Shown: piece by piece, positions 35,625-45,784 of the stretch
Layout of the letters: each line of letters opens with the position of its first letter
How positions within the stretch are numbered: position 1 is the first letter of the stretch
Origin: Treponema sp.
GTDB lineage: Bacteria > Spirochaetota > Spirochaetia > Treponematales > Treponemataceae
DNA: 64,000 nt
Direction: 5' to 3'
Assembly (NCBI GenBank): GCA_045641045.1
Contig: JAZUGE010000057.1
Span: 4,259 to 68,258 of the forward strand
Made by a program: the position numbers and the translations under genes
The notes under the pieces: model-generated
Told to the model about the DNA's origin: nothing
The model's input: only the letters and a program-made list of their open reading frames with translations
Database searches by the model: none

Positions 35625-37696
35625 TGCTTGAACAGTTAAATTCAGTATTTTTTGAAGAAGCAAACGAGCTTTTAGACAATCTTGAAGAACAGCTTTTAAC
35701 TTTGGAAGAACATCCTGATGATACAGAAACCATCAGTGCAGTATTTAGGGCAATGCATACAATAAAAGGCTCATCTGCGATGTTTGGCTTCAATGATATA
35801 TCATCCTTTACACACGAAGCTGAATCTGCGATGGATCAGGTACGAAATGGATTTGTACCAGTAAAGCACGAATTAATTGATTTACTCCTTAAAGCAAGAG
35901 ACCACATACACGCTCTTTTAGATGCAGGTTCTGAAATTCCGCCAGATCTTAACGCAGCATCACAAGAGCTTATAAATGCATTTATTGAATATGTTGTTGC
36001 AAATGGTGGTAATTCATCAAAAGGCTCAGCTCCTGCAGCACAGACTCAAGCATCCGTATCCTCTCAAAAAGAAGAAACCTGGCGTATTAAGTTCAGACCT
36101 TCTAATACAATCATGCAAAACGGAACAAGACCAGAACTTTTGGTAAAAGAACTTACCGAGATGGGAAAAGCAACTGTAGTTCCATTCTATACTGACTTAC
36201 CATCTCTTTCCGAAATGGACAGTGAGCTCTGTTATTTTGCATGGGACATCATATTAACTACAAATAAAAGCGAAAATGACATTAATGATGTATTTATCTT
36301 TTTGGACAGTGAGTCGCATATATCTGTTGAAAAAATCGATATAGATCCGTCTTCTCAAACAAAAATTGGCGAAATTCTTGTTAACCGAAATGATATTACA
36401 AAAGAAGAACTTGATAAAATTATCAACGAACACAAGCAGTTGGGGCAGATTCTTGTCGAAAAAAAGATTGTTTCACAGCAGCAAGTTACTTCGGCTCTTG
36501 CAGAGCAAAAACATATTAAATCAGTACAACCTGCCGAAGAATCTTCAATACGCGTAAGCTCAAAAAAACTTGATCAGCTTTTAGATCTTGTAGGAGAACT
36601 TGTAACCTTTAATGCTCGTCTTGACCAGCTTGCAATACGAAACAATATGGTTGCTTTAAAAAACTTGAGCGAAAACTGTGGACGACTTGTAGTTATGCTT
36701 CGTGATACATCAATGGATATGCGCATGGTTCCTATCGGAACATTGTTCACAAGATTTCGCAGAACAGTTCGTGACTTAGGTCAGCAACTGGGAAAAGATA
36801 TCGAAATGGAAACTGAGGGCTCTGAAACTGAAATGGATAAAAACGTCATTGAAAAGCTCAATGATCCATTGCTGCACCTTATCCGCAATTCAGTTGATCA
36901 TGGAGTTGAGTCTCCTGTAGAACGTAAGGCAGCTGGCAAACCAGAGCAAGGGCGTGTAGTTTTATCTGCAAAACACTCCGGAGCCTTTGTAATGATATCA
37001 ATTATTGATGACGGACAAGGCCTTGATAAGGAAGCCATACGACAGAAAGGTATCGAAAGAAGTCTTATCACTGCGGACCAACAGTTAACAGACAATGAAA
37101 TATACAACCTTATCTTTTTACCAGGTTTTTCGACATCAAAACAGGTAACTTCGGTAAGTGGACGAGGTGTTGGTCTTGATGTTGTAAAAAAGGATATTGC
37201 AACTCTTGGCGGTTCAGTAGAAATTGAAACCGAAAAAGGTAAGGGAACTACCTTCATACTAAAGATTCCTTTAACACTGGCAATTATTGATGGAATGCTT
37301 GTTTCAGTAGGTTCTGTAAAATATATCATACCTCTGAACACAATAAACGAGTGTCTCTCATTTAAACAGACTGTTACATCAGACAGCAGAATGTTTCCAA
37401 AGGCAGACTCTCATGGCAAAGATGTTCCTAGTCTTTATTTGAGATCATTCTTCCATATACATGATCCTTTACCACAAAGACAGGAAGTTGTAACTATACT
37501 TGATCAAAAATCATTAACAGGAATTGTTGTTGATAAGATTCTGGGTAATCAGCAGATTGTAATAAAACCACTAAGTAAACTGTACAAAAACTGTACGGGT
37601 ATCAATGGTGCTGCTGTTCTAGGGGATGGATCTGTTGCATTAATTCTTGATGTGCTTAAGCTTACTGAACTTATTCACATTCATGAAAAGGGATGA
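35624..37696 (+). CDS. cheA: Chemotaxis histidine kinase CheA
   Basis: Hpt AMHTIKG, SIRVSSKKLDQLLDLVGEL, HLIRNSVDHG, DDGQG, GFST, GRGVGLDVV, C-terminal CheW domain. Confidence 0.96.
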   Translation: MLEQLNSVFFEEANELLDNLEEQLLTLEEHPDDTETISAVFRAMHTIKGSSAMFGFNDISSFTHEAESAMDQVRNGFVPVKHELIDLLLKARDHIHALLDAGSEIPPDLNAASQELINAFIEYVVANGGNSSKGSAPAAQTQASVSSQKEETWRIKFRPSNTIMQNGTRPELLVKELTEMGKATVVPFYTDLPSLSEMDSELCYFAWDIILTTNKSENDINDVFIFLDSESHISVEKIDIDPSSQTKIGEILVNRNDITKEELDKIINEHKQLGQILVEKKIVSQQQVTSALAEQKHIKSVQPAEESSIRVSSKKLDQLLDLVGELVTFNARLDQLAIRNNMVALKNLSENCGRLVVMLRDTSMDMRMVPIGTLFTRFRRTVRDLGQQLGKDIEMETEGSETEMDKNVIEKLNDPLLHLIRNSVDHGVESPVERKAAGKPEQGRVVLSAKHSGAFVMISIIDDGQGLDKEAIRQKGIERSLITADQQLTDNEIYNLIFLPGFSTSKQVTSVSGRGVGLDVVKKDIATLGGSVEIETEKGKGTTFILKIPLTLAIIDGMLVSVGSVKYIIPLNTINECLSFKQTVTSDSRMFPKADSHGKDVPSLYLRSFFHIHDPLPQRQEVVTILDQKSLTGIVVDKILGNQQIVIKPLSKLYKNCTGINGAAVLGDGSVALILDVLKLTELIHIHEKG

Positions 37697-38583
37697 TGAT
37701 GGAACAGACAAACGACAAAAGTGCCGTGAATACCTTTGGAGTTTTAAAACCTACAGAGATATCCAATGAGCAGTTTCAATCAATTGCAAAGTTTATAGAG
37801 ACAAATGTTGGTATAAAGATGCCTGACTCAAAAAAACTTATGGTGCAGTCGCGTCTTTATAATCGACTTAAAAGTCTTAACATGAAAAACTTTGAACAAT
37901 ACATCAGTTATGTTTTTTCAAACACTCCTGATGCCCAGGAAGAAATAGCATTAATGATAAATGCTATTACGACAAACCTGACTCATTTTTTTAGAGAAAG
38001 CCAGCACTTTGATTATATGACACAGGTTGTGCTACCTGAATTGACAAACAAAGGTATCCCAAAAGTCGAACTGTGGTCTGCCGGGTGTTCTAGTGGAGAA
38101 GAACCTTATACTTTATCTATTGTTATGCAGGAGTTTATATCAAAAAATACCGGTGCAATAAAGGATTACAGAATATATGCCACAGATATATCGTCGAGGG
38201 TTTTAGGAATTGCCACTAATGCAGTTTATACCATGGAAAGTATAAAAGATTTGGATTTTAACATTAAGAAAAAATACTTTCTAAAGAGTAAAAATCCAGC
38301 AGAGCAAAAAGTTAGAGTTAATAAGGATACTCGTTTAAAAGTAACATTTAACCGACTGAATTTTATGGATTCTGTATACCCGGTAGATACACAGAAACAT
38401 ATCATTTTTTGCCGGAATGTGTTGATTTATTTTGATAAACCAACACAGGAAGCTGTAATACGCAAGCTCGTACACAATCTTGTTCCAGGAGGTTATTTAT
38501 TTTTAGGACATTCAGAAACTATATTTGGCATGGATCTCCCGTTGGAAAATGTGGGACCAACTATTTTTAAGAAGACAGAGTAG
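37693..38583 (+). CDS. cheR: Chemotaxis methyltransferase CheR
   Basis: TTNLTHFFRE, WSAGCSSGEEPY, ATDIS, IFCRNVLIYF, LGHSE. Confidence 0.96.
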   Translation: MMMEQTNDKSAVNTFGVLKPTEISNEQFQSIAKFIETNVGIKMPDSKKLMVQSRLYNRLKSLNMKNFEQYISYVFSNTPDAQEEIALMINAITTNLTHFFRESQHFDYMTQVVLPELTNKGIPKVELWSAGCSSGEEPYTLSIVMQEFISKNTGAIKDYRIYATDISSRVLGIATNAVYTMESIKDLDFNIKKKYFLKSKNPAEQKVRVNKDTRLKVTFNRLNFMDSVYPVDTQKHIIFCRNVLIYFDKPTQEAVIRKLVHNLVPGGYLFLGHSETIFGMDLPLENVGPTIFKKTE

Positions 38584-38595
38584 TCGGGAGAAGTT

Positions 38596-39843
38596 ATGAT
38601 AAAAGTACTAATTATTGATGATTCGGCTTTAGTCCGGCAAACCCTCACAGAAGTTTTACATAATGACTCAGAAATACAGGTCATTGGAACTGCTTCAGAT
38701 CCAATAGTAGGTGTTCATAAAATTCAAAATGAACGACCTGATGTAATTATTCTGGATATCGAAATGGCGAGAATGGATGGTCTTACATTTCTTCGGAAAA
38801 TGAATGAAACTGTAGACCCTATTCCTTGTGTTGTATGCTCATCTCTTGTCGAAAAAGGTTCCCCTGAGTCAATAAAAGCATATGAGTATGGAGCTGCCGA
38901 AGTAATATTAAAGCCGTCCTTTGGGACTAAAAGATTCATCGAAGAATCTTCTATATTAATCGGTGATGCAATCAGATCTGCCTATAGCACGACAGGAAAG
39001 ATAAAACAGCTTATACCATCCCAGGCAGAGTTACACTCATCTGGCTTTGACAGTAATAAACCTGTACAAAAAACAAACGTTGCAGCAAGTAAAAAAACTG
39101 CGACTCCAGTACAGGCAAGACCTGCATCTTCAGCACAAGTTATACCAAAACAAAAGACAGCAAGAGAACCTTTACCGGAGAACGGACGTAGAATTCAACC
39201 AAAGTTATCTGCCGATGTTATACTCGAAAAACCAAATCCTGCCTTGGCTCCAACGGATATTACACCTCCTGTTGTAGTAGTAGGAGCAAGTACAGGTGGT
39301 ACAGAGGCTTTAAAAGATTTTCTTACAATGCTTCCTCCAGATTCGCCACCTTTAGTAATTGTTCAGCACATGCCTGAACATTTTACAGCAGCCTTTGCAC
39401 AGCGCCTTGACGGAATTTGTAAAATTCACGTAAAAGAAGCTCAAAACGGAGATAGAGTTTTAAAAGGACAGGCATTAATTGCTCCTGGAAATTATCACTG
39501 TCTTTTAAAGCGAGATGGTAAAGAATACTACGTTGAAGTAAAGGAGGGACCTTTAGTTTCACGACACAGGCCATCAGTAGATGTATTGTTCAGATCTGCA
39601 GCTCGTTATGCCGGCAAAAATGCCATAGGTGTTATCATGACTGGTATGGGTGATGACGGAGCAAAGGGTATGAGGGAGATGCATGATTCTGGAGCTTATA
39701 ACATAGCCCAGAATGAAGCAACTTGTATTGTATATGGTATGCCATGCGAAGCTGTAAAGGCTGGTGGTGTAGATAAAATTGTGCCTCTGCAGGAAATAGC
39801 ACAAAATATTCTTGCAGCAGCAAAGCAAAAATCTGTCAGATAA
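38596..39843 (+). CDS. cheB: Chemotaxis methylesterase CheB (REC + long linker + esterase)
   Basis: REC LDIEM; [18 protein letters not shown] and MTGMGDDG catalytic motifs. Confidence 0.96.
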   Translation: MIKVLIIDDSALVRQTLTEVLHNDSEIQVIGTASDPIVGVHKIQNERPDVIILDIEMARMDGLTFLRKMNETVDPIPCVVCSSLVEKGSPESIKAYEYGAAEVILKPSFGTKRFIEESSILIGDAIRSAYSTTGKIKQLIPSQAELHSSGFDSNKPVQKTNVAASKKTATPVQARPASSAQVIPKQKTAREPLPENGRRIQPKLSADVILEKPNPALAPTDITPPVVVVGASTGGTEALKDFLTMLPPDSPPLVIVQHMPEHFTAAFAQRLDGICKIHVKEAQNGDRVLKGQALIAPGNYHCLLKRDGKEYYVEVKEGPLVSRHRPSVDVLFRSAARYAGKNAIGVIMTGMGDDGAKGMREMHDSGAYNIAQNEATCIVYGMPCEAVKAGGVDKIVPLQEIAQNILAAAKQKSVR

Positions 39844-39879
39844 TGACAGTAAAAAAATAAAGACAAATGGAGGCAAATT

Positions 39880-40248
39880 ATGTCTGATAAAAAAATCCTA
39901 GCAGTAGATGACTCAAACTCAATAAGAAAAAGTATATCCTTCATTTTAGGACAAGAAGGATATCAAATTACAGAAGCAGAAGATGGTGTTGATGCTCTCG
40001 CAAAAGCAAAAGCAGATAAGTTTAATCTTGTAATTACTGATATCAACATGCCAAACATGGATGGTATAGAGCTTACTAGACAACTTAGAGCTACAGACGG
40101 CTACAAGTTTACACCTATCATAGCACTTACAACTGAAAACCAGCAGTCTAAAATGGATGAAGGTAAAGCAGCTGGTGCTACAGGCTGGATTGTAAAACCA
40201 TTTACTGCAGAAAAACTTATTGCAGTTGTAAAGAAAATCATAGGATAG
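39880..40248 (+). CDS. cheY: Single-domain response regulator CheY
   Basis: [26 protein letters not shown]. Confidence 0.92.
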   Translation: MSDKKILAVDDSNSIRKSISFILGQEGYQITEAEDGVDALAKAKADKFNLVITDINMPNMDGIELTRQLRATDGYKFTPIIALTTENQQSKMDEGKAAGATGWIVKPFTAEKLIAVVKKIIG

Positions 40249-40276
40249 GTTTTTCTTTTTACATCAGGAGGAGTTT

Positions 40277-42475
40277 ATGAAAAGTATTCGTTCGGCAATA
40301 ACTCTGTTTATTGCAATGCTAATAATTGTTATTAGTTCTGCGTTAGTAGGTATATCTCTATATTTTTCAGGGGCCGCTGTAAAAACTACAGCATATACAA
40401 ACATGACGACTCTTGTAAAAAACATATCTAGCTATGCAGACGCTAAAATACAGGGAGACGTATTAACATTAAAAGCAGTTGCAACGAGAGAAGAATTGAA
40501 AAATGAGTCCATCTCTATTGAAAAACGAGTACGAAACATACACGCCCTTACAAAAGAAATTGATGATGCCAGATACTTTTTGCTTGTAGATATGGACGGC
40601 AACGGGTTCAACTCAGAAGGTAAATCCGTAAACATTTCTGACCGCGAGTATTTCAAAAAAGCAAAAGCTGGTATTCCATCTATTGAAGGTCCAATCATAA
40701 GTAAACTCCTCAATACAGCTGCAACTCTTGTAGCGGTTCCTGTTTATAATGAAATCGGAGTGATTAATGGAGTTCTCGCTCTTAACAAGGGAACAAAACT
40801 CCTTAGTGACATTACCAAGCAAATTGAGATTGGGGAAACAGGTGGTTCATTTATTATAAACAAGGAAACAGGTATTATCCTTGCAACAAACACAACAGTC
40901 GAGGATGGTATTGAAAACAGCTTTGAAAATATGGCAATCAGTGACCCTGCTTTTGAAGGCCTTGCAAAGCTTAGTGTAACAATGCGTGAAAATCAATCAG
41001 GTATCATGGAATTAATGGATCGTGGATCAAAATGTTTTGCAGCTTATTCAGACATCCAGGGAACTAATTGGTCAATTGCGATTACTGTTGAAGCAAGAGA
41101 GTTTATGTATGTTTTAAATCAGATGGTTGGCATTTTAGTAATAATAACTATCATCTGTATGTTACTCGCTGTTTTAGCCGGACGACTTTATGCAAAGACC
41201 CTGGCCGCCCCTATCGGTATGATAAAAGATTCTCTCCTCTTGATTTCAAAGGGTGACTTGAGGGTAAATAATGCAAGCGAAAAAGATATACGCAAACTAC
41301 ATAAGCGAAAAGATGAACTTGGACAAATGGGCTTAGCACTTAATAATATGCTTATGGCTCTTTTAAAAACTGTTTCACAGGTTCGTGAGTCTGCCATGAC
41401 AGTAAGAGCTGGTGGAGAACAATTAAGTTCATCAAGTCAGTCAGTATCATCTGGAGCAAGTAAGCAGGCTGCTTCTACAGAAGAAATGAGTGCAACTATG
41501 GAAGAAATGACCAGCAATATCAGGCAAAATGCTGATAATGCTGCCCGTACAAGTGATATAGCTCATAATGCCGCTTCAAACAGTGAGCATGGAGCTGAAG
41601 CCGTACGCGAAGCTGTTGATGCAGTAAAGACTATTGCTGAAAAAATCTCTATAATTCAAGATATTGCAGGACAGACAAACATGCTTGCATTAAACGCGGC
41701 TATTGAAGCTGCCAGAGCAGGAGAAGCAGGTAAAGGTTTTGCAGTAGTTGCCAGCGAGGTTCGAAAGCTTGCAGAACGAAGCCAGAGTGCTGCAGCTGAA
41801 ATAAAAGAATTGTCTGCTAAAACGCTCATAACAGCTGAAACTGCAGGCAAAACCATTGATAGTGTCATTCCGGATATTGAACAGACATCTAATCTCATAC
41901 AAGATATTGCTACAGCTTCTCGAGAGCAGGATAATGGTGCAACACAGGTAAGTGCAGCTATTGTACAGATGGATGGTGTTGTCCAGCAAAATGCTAGTGC
42001 TGCAGAACAAATGGCAGCTATGGCTGAAGAACTTTCGGCAGAAGCAACAAAACTTGTTACTGCAATAGACTTCTTCAAAACACCAGAAAAAATTATAACA
42101 GATTTTGCTGCTATATCAGAAAATACTGAGAAAAAGCAGCAAAAGAAAGATGATAAAACAGTCTCGACAAAGACTGCAGATAAAACGAAAAAAGACTCTG
42201 GTAAATCTGATAACAGTGATAAAAAAACTGTTAGACAAAAGCCAGACAATAAGCCTCTGGTAGAAAAAAAGGATAAAAACTCAGTCAGTAAGCAAACATC
42301 TGAACAGAAAACTGCAGAAGAGACAAAAACAGCACCTGAAAAGCTACCTGAAGAGAAAGATATACAAAAGCAGCCTAAAGACAACAATAATGCTGTTAGT
42401 GATAAGCCTGTATCTGGAACAATAACAAAAACTACAGCAGATCTTATCAGTGACTCTGATTTCGAGGAATTTTAG
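40277..42475 (+). CDS. Methyl-accepting chemotaxis protein (dCache sensor, HAMP) with C-terminal DFEEF pentapeptide
   Basis: Two TM helices, SDREYF Cache motif, [37 protein letters not shown], terminal SDFEEF. Confidence 0.95.
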   Translation: MKSIRSAITLFIAMLIIVISSALVGISLYFSGAAVKTTAYTNMTTLVKNISSYADAKIQGDVLTLKAVATREELKNESISIEKRVRNIHALTKEIDDARYFLLVDMDGNGFNSEGKSVNISDREYFKKAKAGIPSIEGPIISKLLNTAATLVAVPVYNEIGVINGVLALNKGTKLLSDITKQIEIGETGGSFIINKETGIILATNTTVEDGIENSFENMAISDPAFEGLAKLSVTMRENQSGIMELMDRGSKCFAAYSDIQGTNWSIAITVEAREFMYVLNQMVGILVIITIICMLLAVLAGRLYAKTLAAPIGMIKDSLLLISKGDLRVNNASEKDIRKLHKRKDELGQMGLALNNMLMALLKTVSQVRESAMTVRAGGEQLSSSSQSVSSGASKQAASTEEMSATMEEMTSNIRQNADNAARTSDIAHNAASNSEHGAEAVREAVDAVKTIAEKISIIQDIAGQTNMLALNAAIEAARAGEAGKGFAVVASEVRKLAERSQSAAAEIKELSAKTLITAETAGKTIDSVIPDIEQTSNLIQDIATASREQDNGATQVSAAIVQMDGVVQQNASAAEQMAAMAEELSAEATKLVTAIDFFKTPEKIITDFAAISENTEKKQQKKDDKTVSTKTADKTKKDSGKSDNSDKKTVRQKPDNKPLVEKKDKNSVSKQTSEQKTAEETKTAPEKLPEEKDIQKQPKDNNNAVSDKPVSGTITKTTADLISDSDFEEF

Positions 42476-42504
42476 TGTATATCGCAATTAATGGAGTATA
42501 GATT

Positions 42505-42957
42505 ATGAGCGAAAATGTTTTAACTTTTACCATTGATAACAACCATTATGGTGTAAATGTAAATTCCGTTATTGAAGTCCTTGATTTTTCAACTCCAACA
42601 GCAGTACCTTGTGCAGAGCCATATATCGAGGGGCTGATATACTCTAGAGAGCAAGGTATTACAGTTGTGAACCTAAAGAAGCGATTTGGTTTATCAGATG
42701 AAGCTTCAACAGATAAAAACAAAATTATTGTCGTTGAAATTCCATCTCCAACAGAAGAAGACGAAAATAACATTACACTATACGGACTTGTTGCTGACAG
42801 CGTACAGGATGTTATCACGATTGATAAGCAGGAGCTAAAATGCGAAGCTACAGCTCCAATACCAGATACATTTATCGAAATTGTATACAAATACAATGAT
42901 GAAACCGTGTTTAATCTGGAACTATCACAACTTTTTGTTAATACAGAGACACTTTAA
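42505..42957 (+). CDS. cheW: Chemotaxis coupling protein CheW
   Basis: LTFTID..HYGV....VIEV, AVPCAEPYIEGLI, VVNLKKRF, GLVADSV. Confidence 0.85.
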   Translation: MSENVLTFTIDNNHYGVNVNSVIEVLDFSTPTAVPCAEPYIEGLIYSREQGITVVNLKKRFGLSDEASTDKNKIIVVEIPSPTEEDENNITLYGLVADSVQDVITIDKQELKCEATAPIPDTFIEIVYKYNDETVFNLELSQLFVNTETL

Positions 42958-43054
42958 CAGTGTAATACAAAAAGCTAACTGTTAATAAACTTGACCCGAT
43001 AGATTCAGTATATTATTTTTTAAACATATTCAGATAATGGAGGAAAATTATCAA

Positions 43055-43870
43055 ATGGCAGATCAGTATTTCAATTCTGAAAGTTTCAGCCTCAAAGGCA
43101 AAGTAGCTCTCGTAACTGGTGCTTCATATGGTATCGGTTTTGCTATCGCTCAGGCATTTGCTGAACAGGGTGCAACAATCTGTTTTAATGACATTAACCA
43201 GGAAAAACTCGACTTGGGATTACAGAACTACAAGGAAGCTGGTATCGAAGCTCACGGATATGTATGCAACGTATGTGACGAAGCTCAGGTTCAGAACTTA
43301 GTAGCTACAATCGAAAAAGAAGTTGGTGTTATCGATATTCTTGTAAACAATGCAGGTATTATTAAACGTATTCCAATGACAGAAATGTCTGCAGAAGACT
43401 TCCGCACTGTTATCGATGTAGACCTTAACGCTCCATTCATCGTTTCAAAGGCAGTTATTCCTTCAATGATTAAGAAGGGACATGGTAAGATTATCAACAT
43501 CTGTTCTATGATGTCTGAACTCGGACGTGAAACAGTTTCAGCTTATGCAGCTGCTAAGGGTGGTCTTAAGATGCTTACACGCAATATCTGTTCTGAATAC
43601 GGTGCAGACAACATCCAGTGTAACGGTATTGGACCTGGATATATTGCAACACCTCAGACAGCACCTCTTCGCGAAAGACAGGCAGATGGTTCACGACACC
43701 CATTTGACCAGTTCATCTGTGGCCGTACACCAGCAGGACGTTGGTTAGACCCAGCAGAACTTAAGGGACCTGCAGTATTCTTAGCATCAGATGCTTCTAA
43801 TGCTGTAAACGGACACATCCTTTACGTTGATGGTGGTATTCTTGCTTATATCGGTAAGCAGCCTAAATAG
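43055..43870 (+). CDS. SDR oxidoreductase, gluconate 5-dehydrogenase / KduD-like
   Basis: TGASYGIG, NNAG, YAAAK, NGIGPGYIATPQT. Start moved to ATG 43055, after GGAGG. Confidence 0.85.
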   Translation: MADQYFNSESFSLKGKVALVTGASYGIGFAIAQAFAEQGATICFNDINQEKLDLGLQNYKEAGIEAHGYVCNVCDEAQVQNLVATIEKEVGVIDILVNNAGIIKRIPMTEMSAEDFRTVIDVDLNAPFIVSKAVIPSMIKKGHGKIINICSMMSELGRETVSAYAAAKGGLKMLTRNICSEYGADNIQCNGIGPGYIATPQTAPLRERQADGSRHPFDQFICGRTPAGRWLDPAELKGPAVFLASDASNAVNGHILYVDGGILAYIGKQPK

Positions 43871-43883
43871 TTTTATTTAGTTC

Positions 43884-43920
43884 AAAAACCCGCAGCAATC
43901 TGTTGTGGGTTTTTATTTTT
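43884..43920 (+). terminator. Intrinsic terminator after the SDR gene
   Basis: AAAAACCCGCAGCA/TGTTGTGGGTTTTT stem (G-U pairs) plus a T-run. Confidence 0.7.
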
Positions 43921-45655
43921 TTAAGTCTTTTTTCTTCGTTAAAAGCTTTTCAAACGAATCTTTATCAAGAGGTTTTGAGTAGTAAAAACCCTGAATACTA
44001 TCGCAACCCATACCTTTTAGTAGTTCAACTTGTTCTTTTTTTTCAACACCTTCAGCAGTGACATGTATACCTAAATCTTTGGACAGCATTATCAAATGCT
44101 TAACTAAAGTTTTTCCATTCTCGCTAGTCAGATAATCAATTATGCTCTTATCAATTTTTAAATTATCAAAATGTAAAGATGTCAAAGATGATAGAGAAGA
44201 ATATCCAGAACCAAAATCATCAAGGTGCAGTATAAATCCTGTAGAGTGAAACATATTTACTATGAATCTGATTTCTTGATTGTTTATTGCTGCACTTTCT
44301 GTTATCTCGATAGGTACATATCCCGGATTAAGTCCTATACGATCAATAATCCATCTATATTTACTGACTATATTTCTAAAAAATAAGCTTACACGAGACA
44401 AATTTATTGAAACAGGCACTATGTCAAACCCATCTAACAGCCATTTCTTCTGCTGATGGCACACAGTCCTAAAAATATACTCATCTAATTCTTTAATTTT
44501 TCCGTTTCGCTCAAATAGAGGGATAAATACTTCAGGCTTTTCAATACAATTTTCTGACCTCCGCCATCTGACAAGGGCTTCAGCGCCCACAATTCTATTA
44601 TCAGGTGCATATTTTGGCTGATAAAAAATTTGAAAAGCATTATTTTCAAGAGCATCCTTAAATGAGTCATCTAAAAGCTTTTCATAATATAACCGTCTGG
44701 TATCTTCAATATTAAAAAAACTCCAGTTTACATTTTTATCTTCTTTTTTCTTTTTTGAGGCTGCCACTGCCTCACTATATGCAAGTTCAATCTTTTTTTC
44801 TGGTTTCCAGATTGATATTCCAAAATATGGATTTAACTGAGGTAATTTCAAATCTATCAAACACGTTCTTACTAAAAAGGACACTTTTTTTATGAGTTTT
44901 TCAACATATTCCTGTTCCTGTCCAGCTACAAATATAACAAACCTATCCGCATTAATGTGCCCTGCTGTATCATACTCTTCATCTAACACCTCACAAAGAC
45001 ACTCCCATATCTTGGCGATAAAAACATCACCTTTTGCTATATCATAATACGAATTAATAAGCTTAAAGCCATTTATATCAAACGATATAATAAACCCTTT
45101 TTCATTTAGCTCTAAAACCTTTGCTTTAAAAAGATTATAATTAGCTCCATTTGTTATTGGATCAATATATGCAAATTGTTCTATTTCATGCTTATGTGCA
45201 TTATCTGAGGCTACTCTTCGACCAGTCATCTCTCGTGATATAGCGATACCAAAAATGTCACCGCTTTCATCCTGTATCATAGTTACGCTTAGAGCAACAT
45301 AAACTGATTTTCCATCAAATGAGTCTGTCCAAAATTCAAAAAATGATTCTCGAAAACCACTGTTCCATCTGCGCATCAAAGTAACACACGGTTCATCAAA
45401 AAAAGAGTATTCTCTCCTGTATTGATTAGGAATCATCAATAATTTCCATTTATAACAAAGTTCTGTTAATGAACAGTTTTCTGGTAGCCCTAATTTTTCA
45501 AGAACTGGTTGTTTTTTTTGAGATGAATCAAAAGTATATAAATTGCCTAATAATTTGTCTTTTGTAATATTAAAATATACATAACCAACAGCATCGTTAA
45601 GCATAGATGAGAGTAAAATATTATTTTTATCACTTACTAGCTGTTCAAAAGTCAT
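43913..45655 (-). CDS. Degenerate-GGDEF / EAL c-di-GMP phosphodiesterase
   Basis: GGDEF site replaced by NADRF; EAL domain intact (GAEALVRW, EITES, LDDFGSGYS, KIDKS, AEGVE, QGFYYSKP). Start moved to ATG 45655, after GAGGA. Confidence 0.9.
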   Translation of the reverse strand: MTFEQLVSDKNNILLSSMLNDAVGYVYFNITKDKLLGNLYTFDSSQKKQPVLEKLGLPENCSLTELCYKWKLLMIPNQYRREYSFFDEPCVTLMRRWNSGFRESFFEFWTDSFDGKSVYVALSVTMIQDESGDIFGIAISREMTGRRVASDNAHKHEIEQFAYIDPITNGANYNLFKAKVLELNEKGFIISFDINGFKLINSYYDIAKGDVFIAKIWECLCEVLDEEYDTAGHINADRFVIFVAGQEQEYVEKLIKKVSFLVRTCLIDLKLPQLNPYFGISIWKPEKKIELAYSEAVAASKKKKEDKNVNWSFFNIEDTRRLYYEKLLDDSFKDALENNAFQIFYQPKYAPDNRIVGAEALVRWRRSENCIEKPEVFIPLFERNGKIKELDEYIFRTVCHQQKKWLLDGFDIVPVSINLSRVSLFFRNIVSKYRWIIDRIGLNPGYVPIEITESAAINNQEIRFIVNMFHSTGFILHLDDFGSGYSSLSSLTSLHFDNLKIDKSIIDYLTSENGKTLVKHLIMLSKDLGIHVTAEGVEKKEQVELLKGMGCDSIQGFYYSKPLDKDSFEKLLTKKKDLKK

Positions 45656-45784
45656 GCAATAAGTCCTCAAATATATTTTAATTCTTTACTTAGCATTTTT
45701 AAAAGAAATATACTGTTATAATATGTACTCCACTTTTACTATGTACTTTACAAATCACTTAAAATGTTTTTTTATTTAAAAACT

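Noticed and set aside
41656-42387. 243-aa antisense ORF over the MCP
   Set aside because: It is a shadow of the low-complexity MCP tail and signalling helix, with no start signals.
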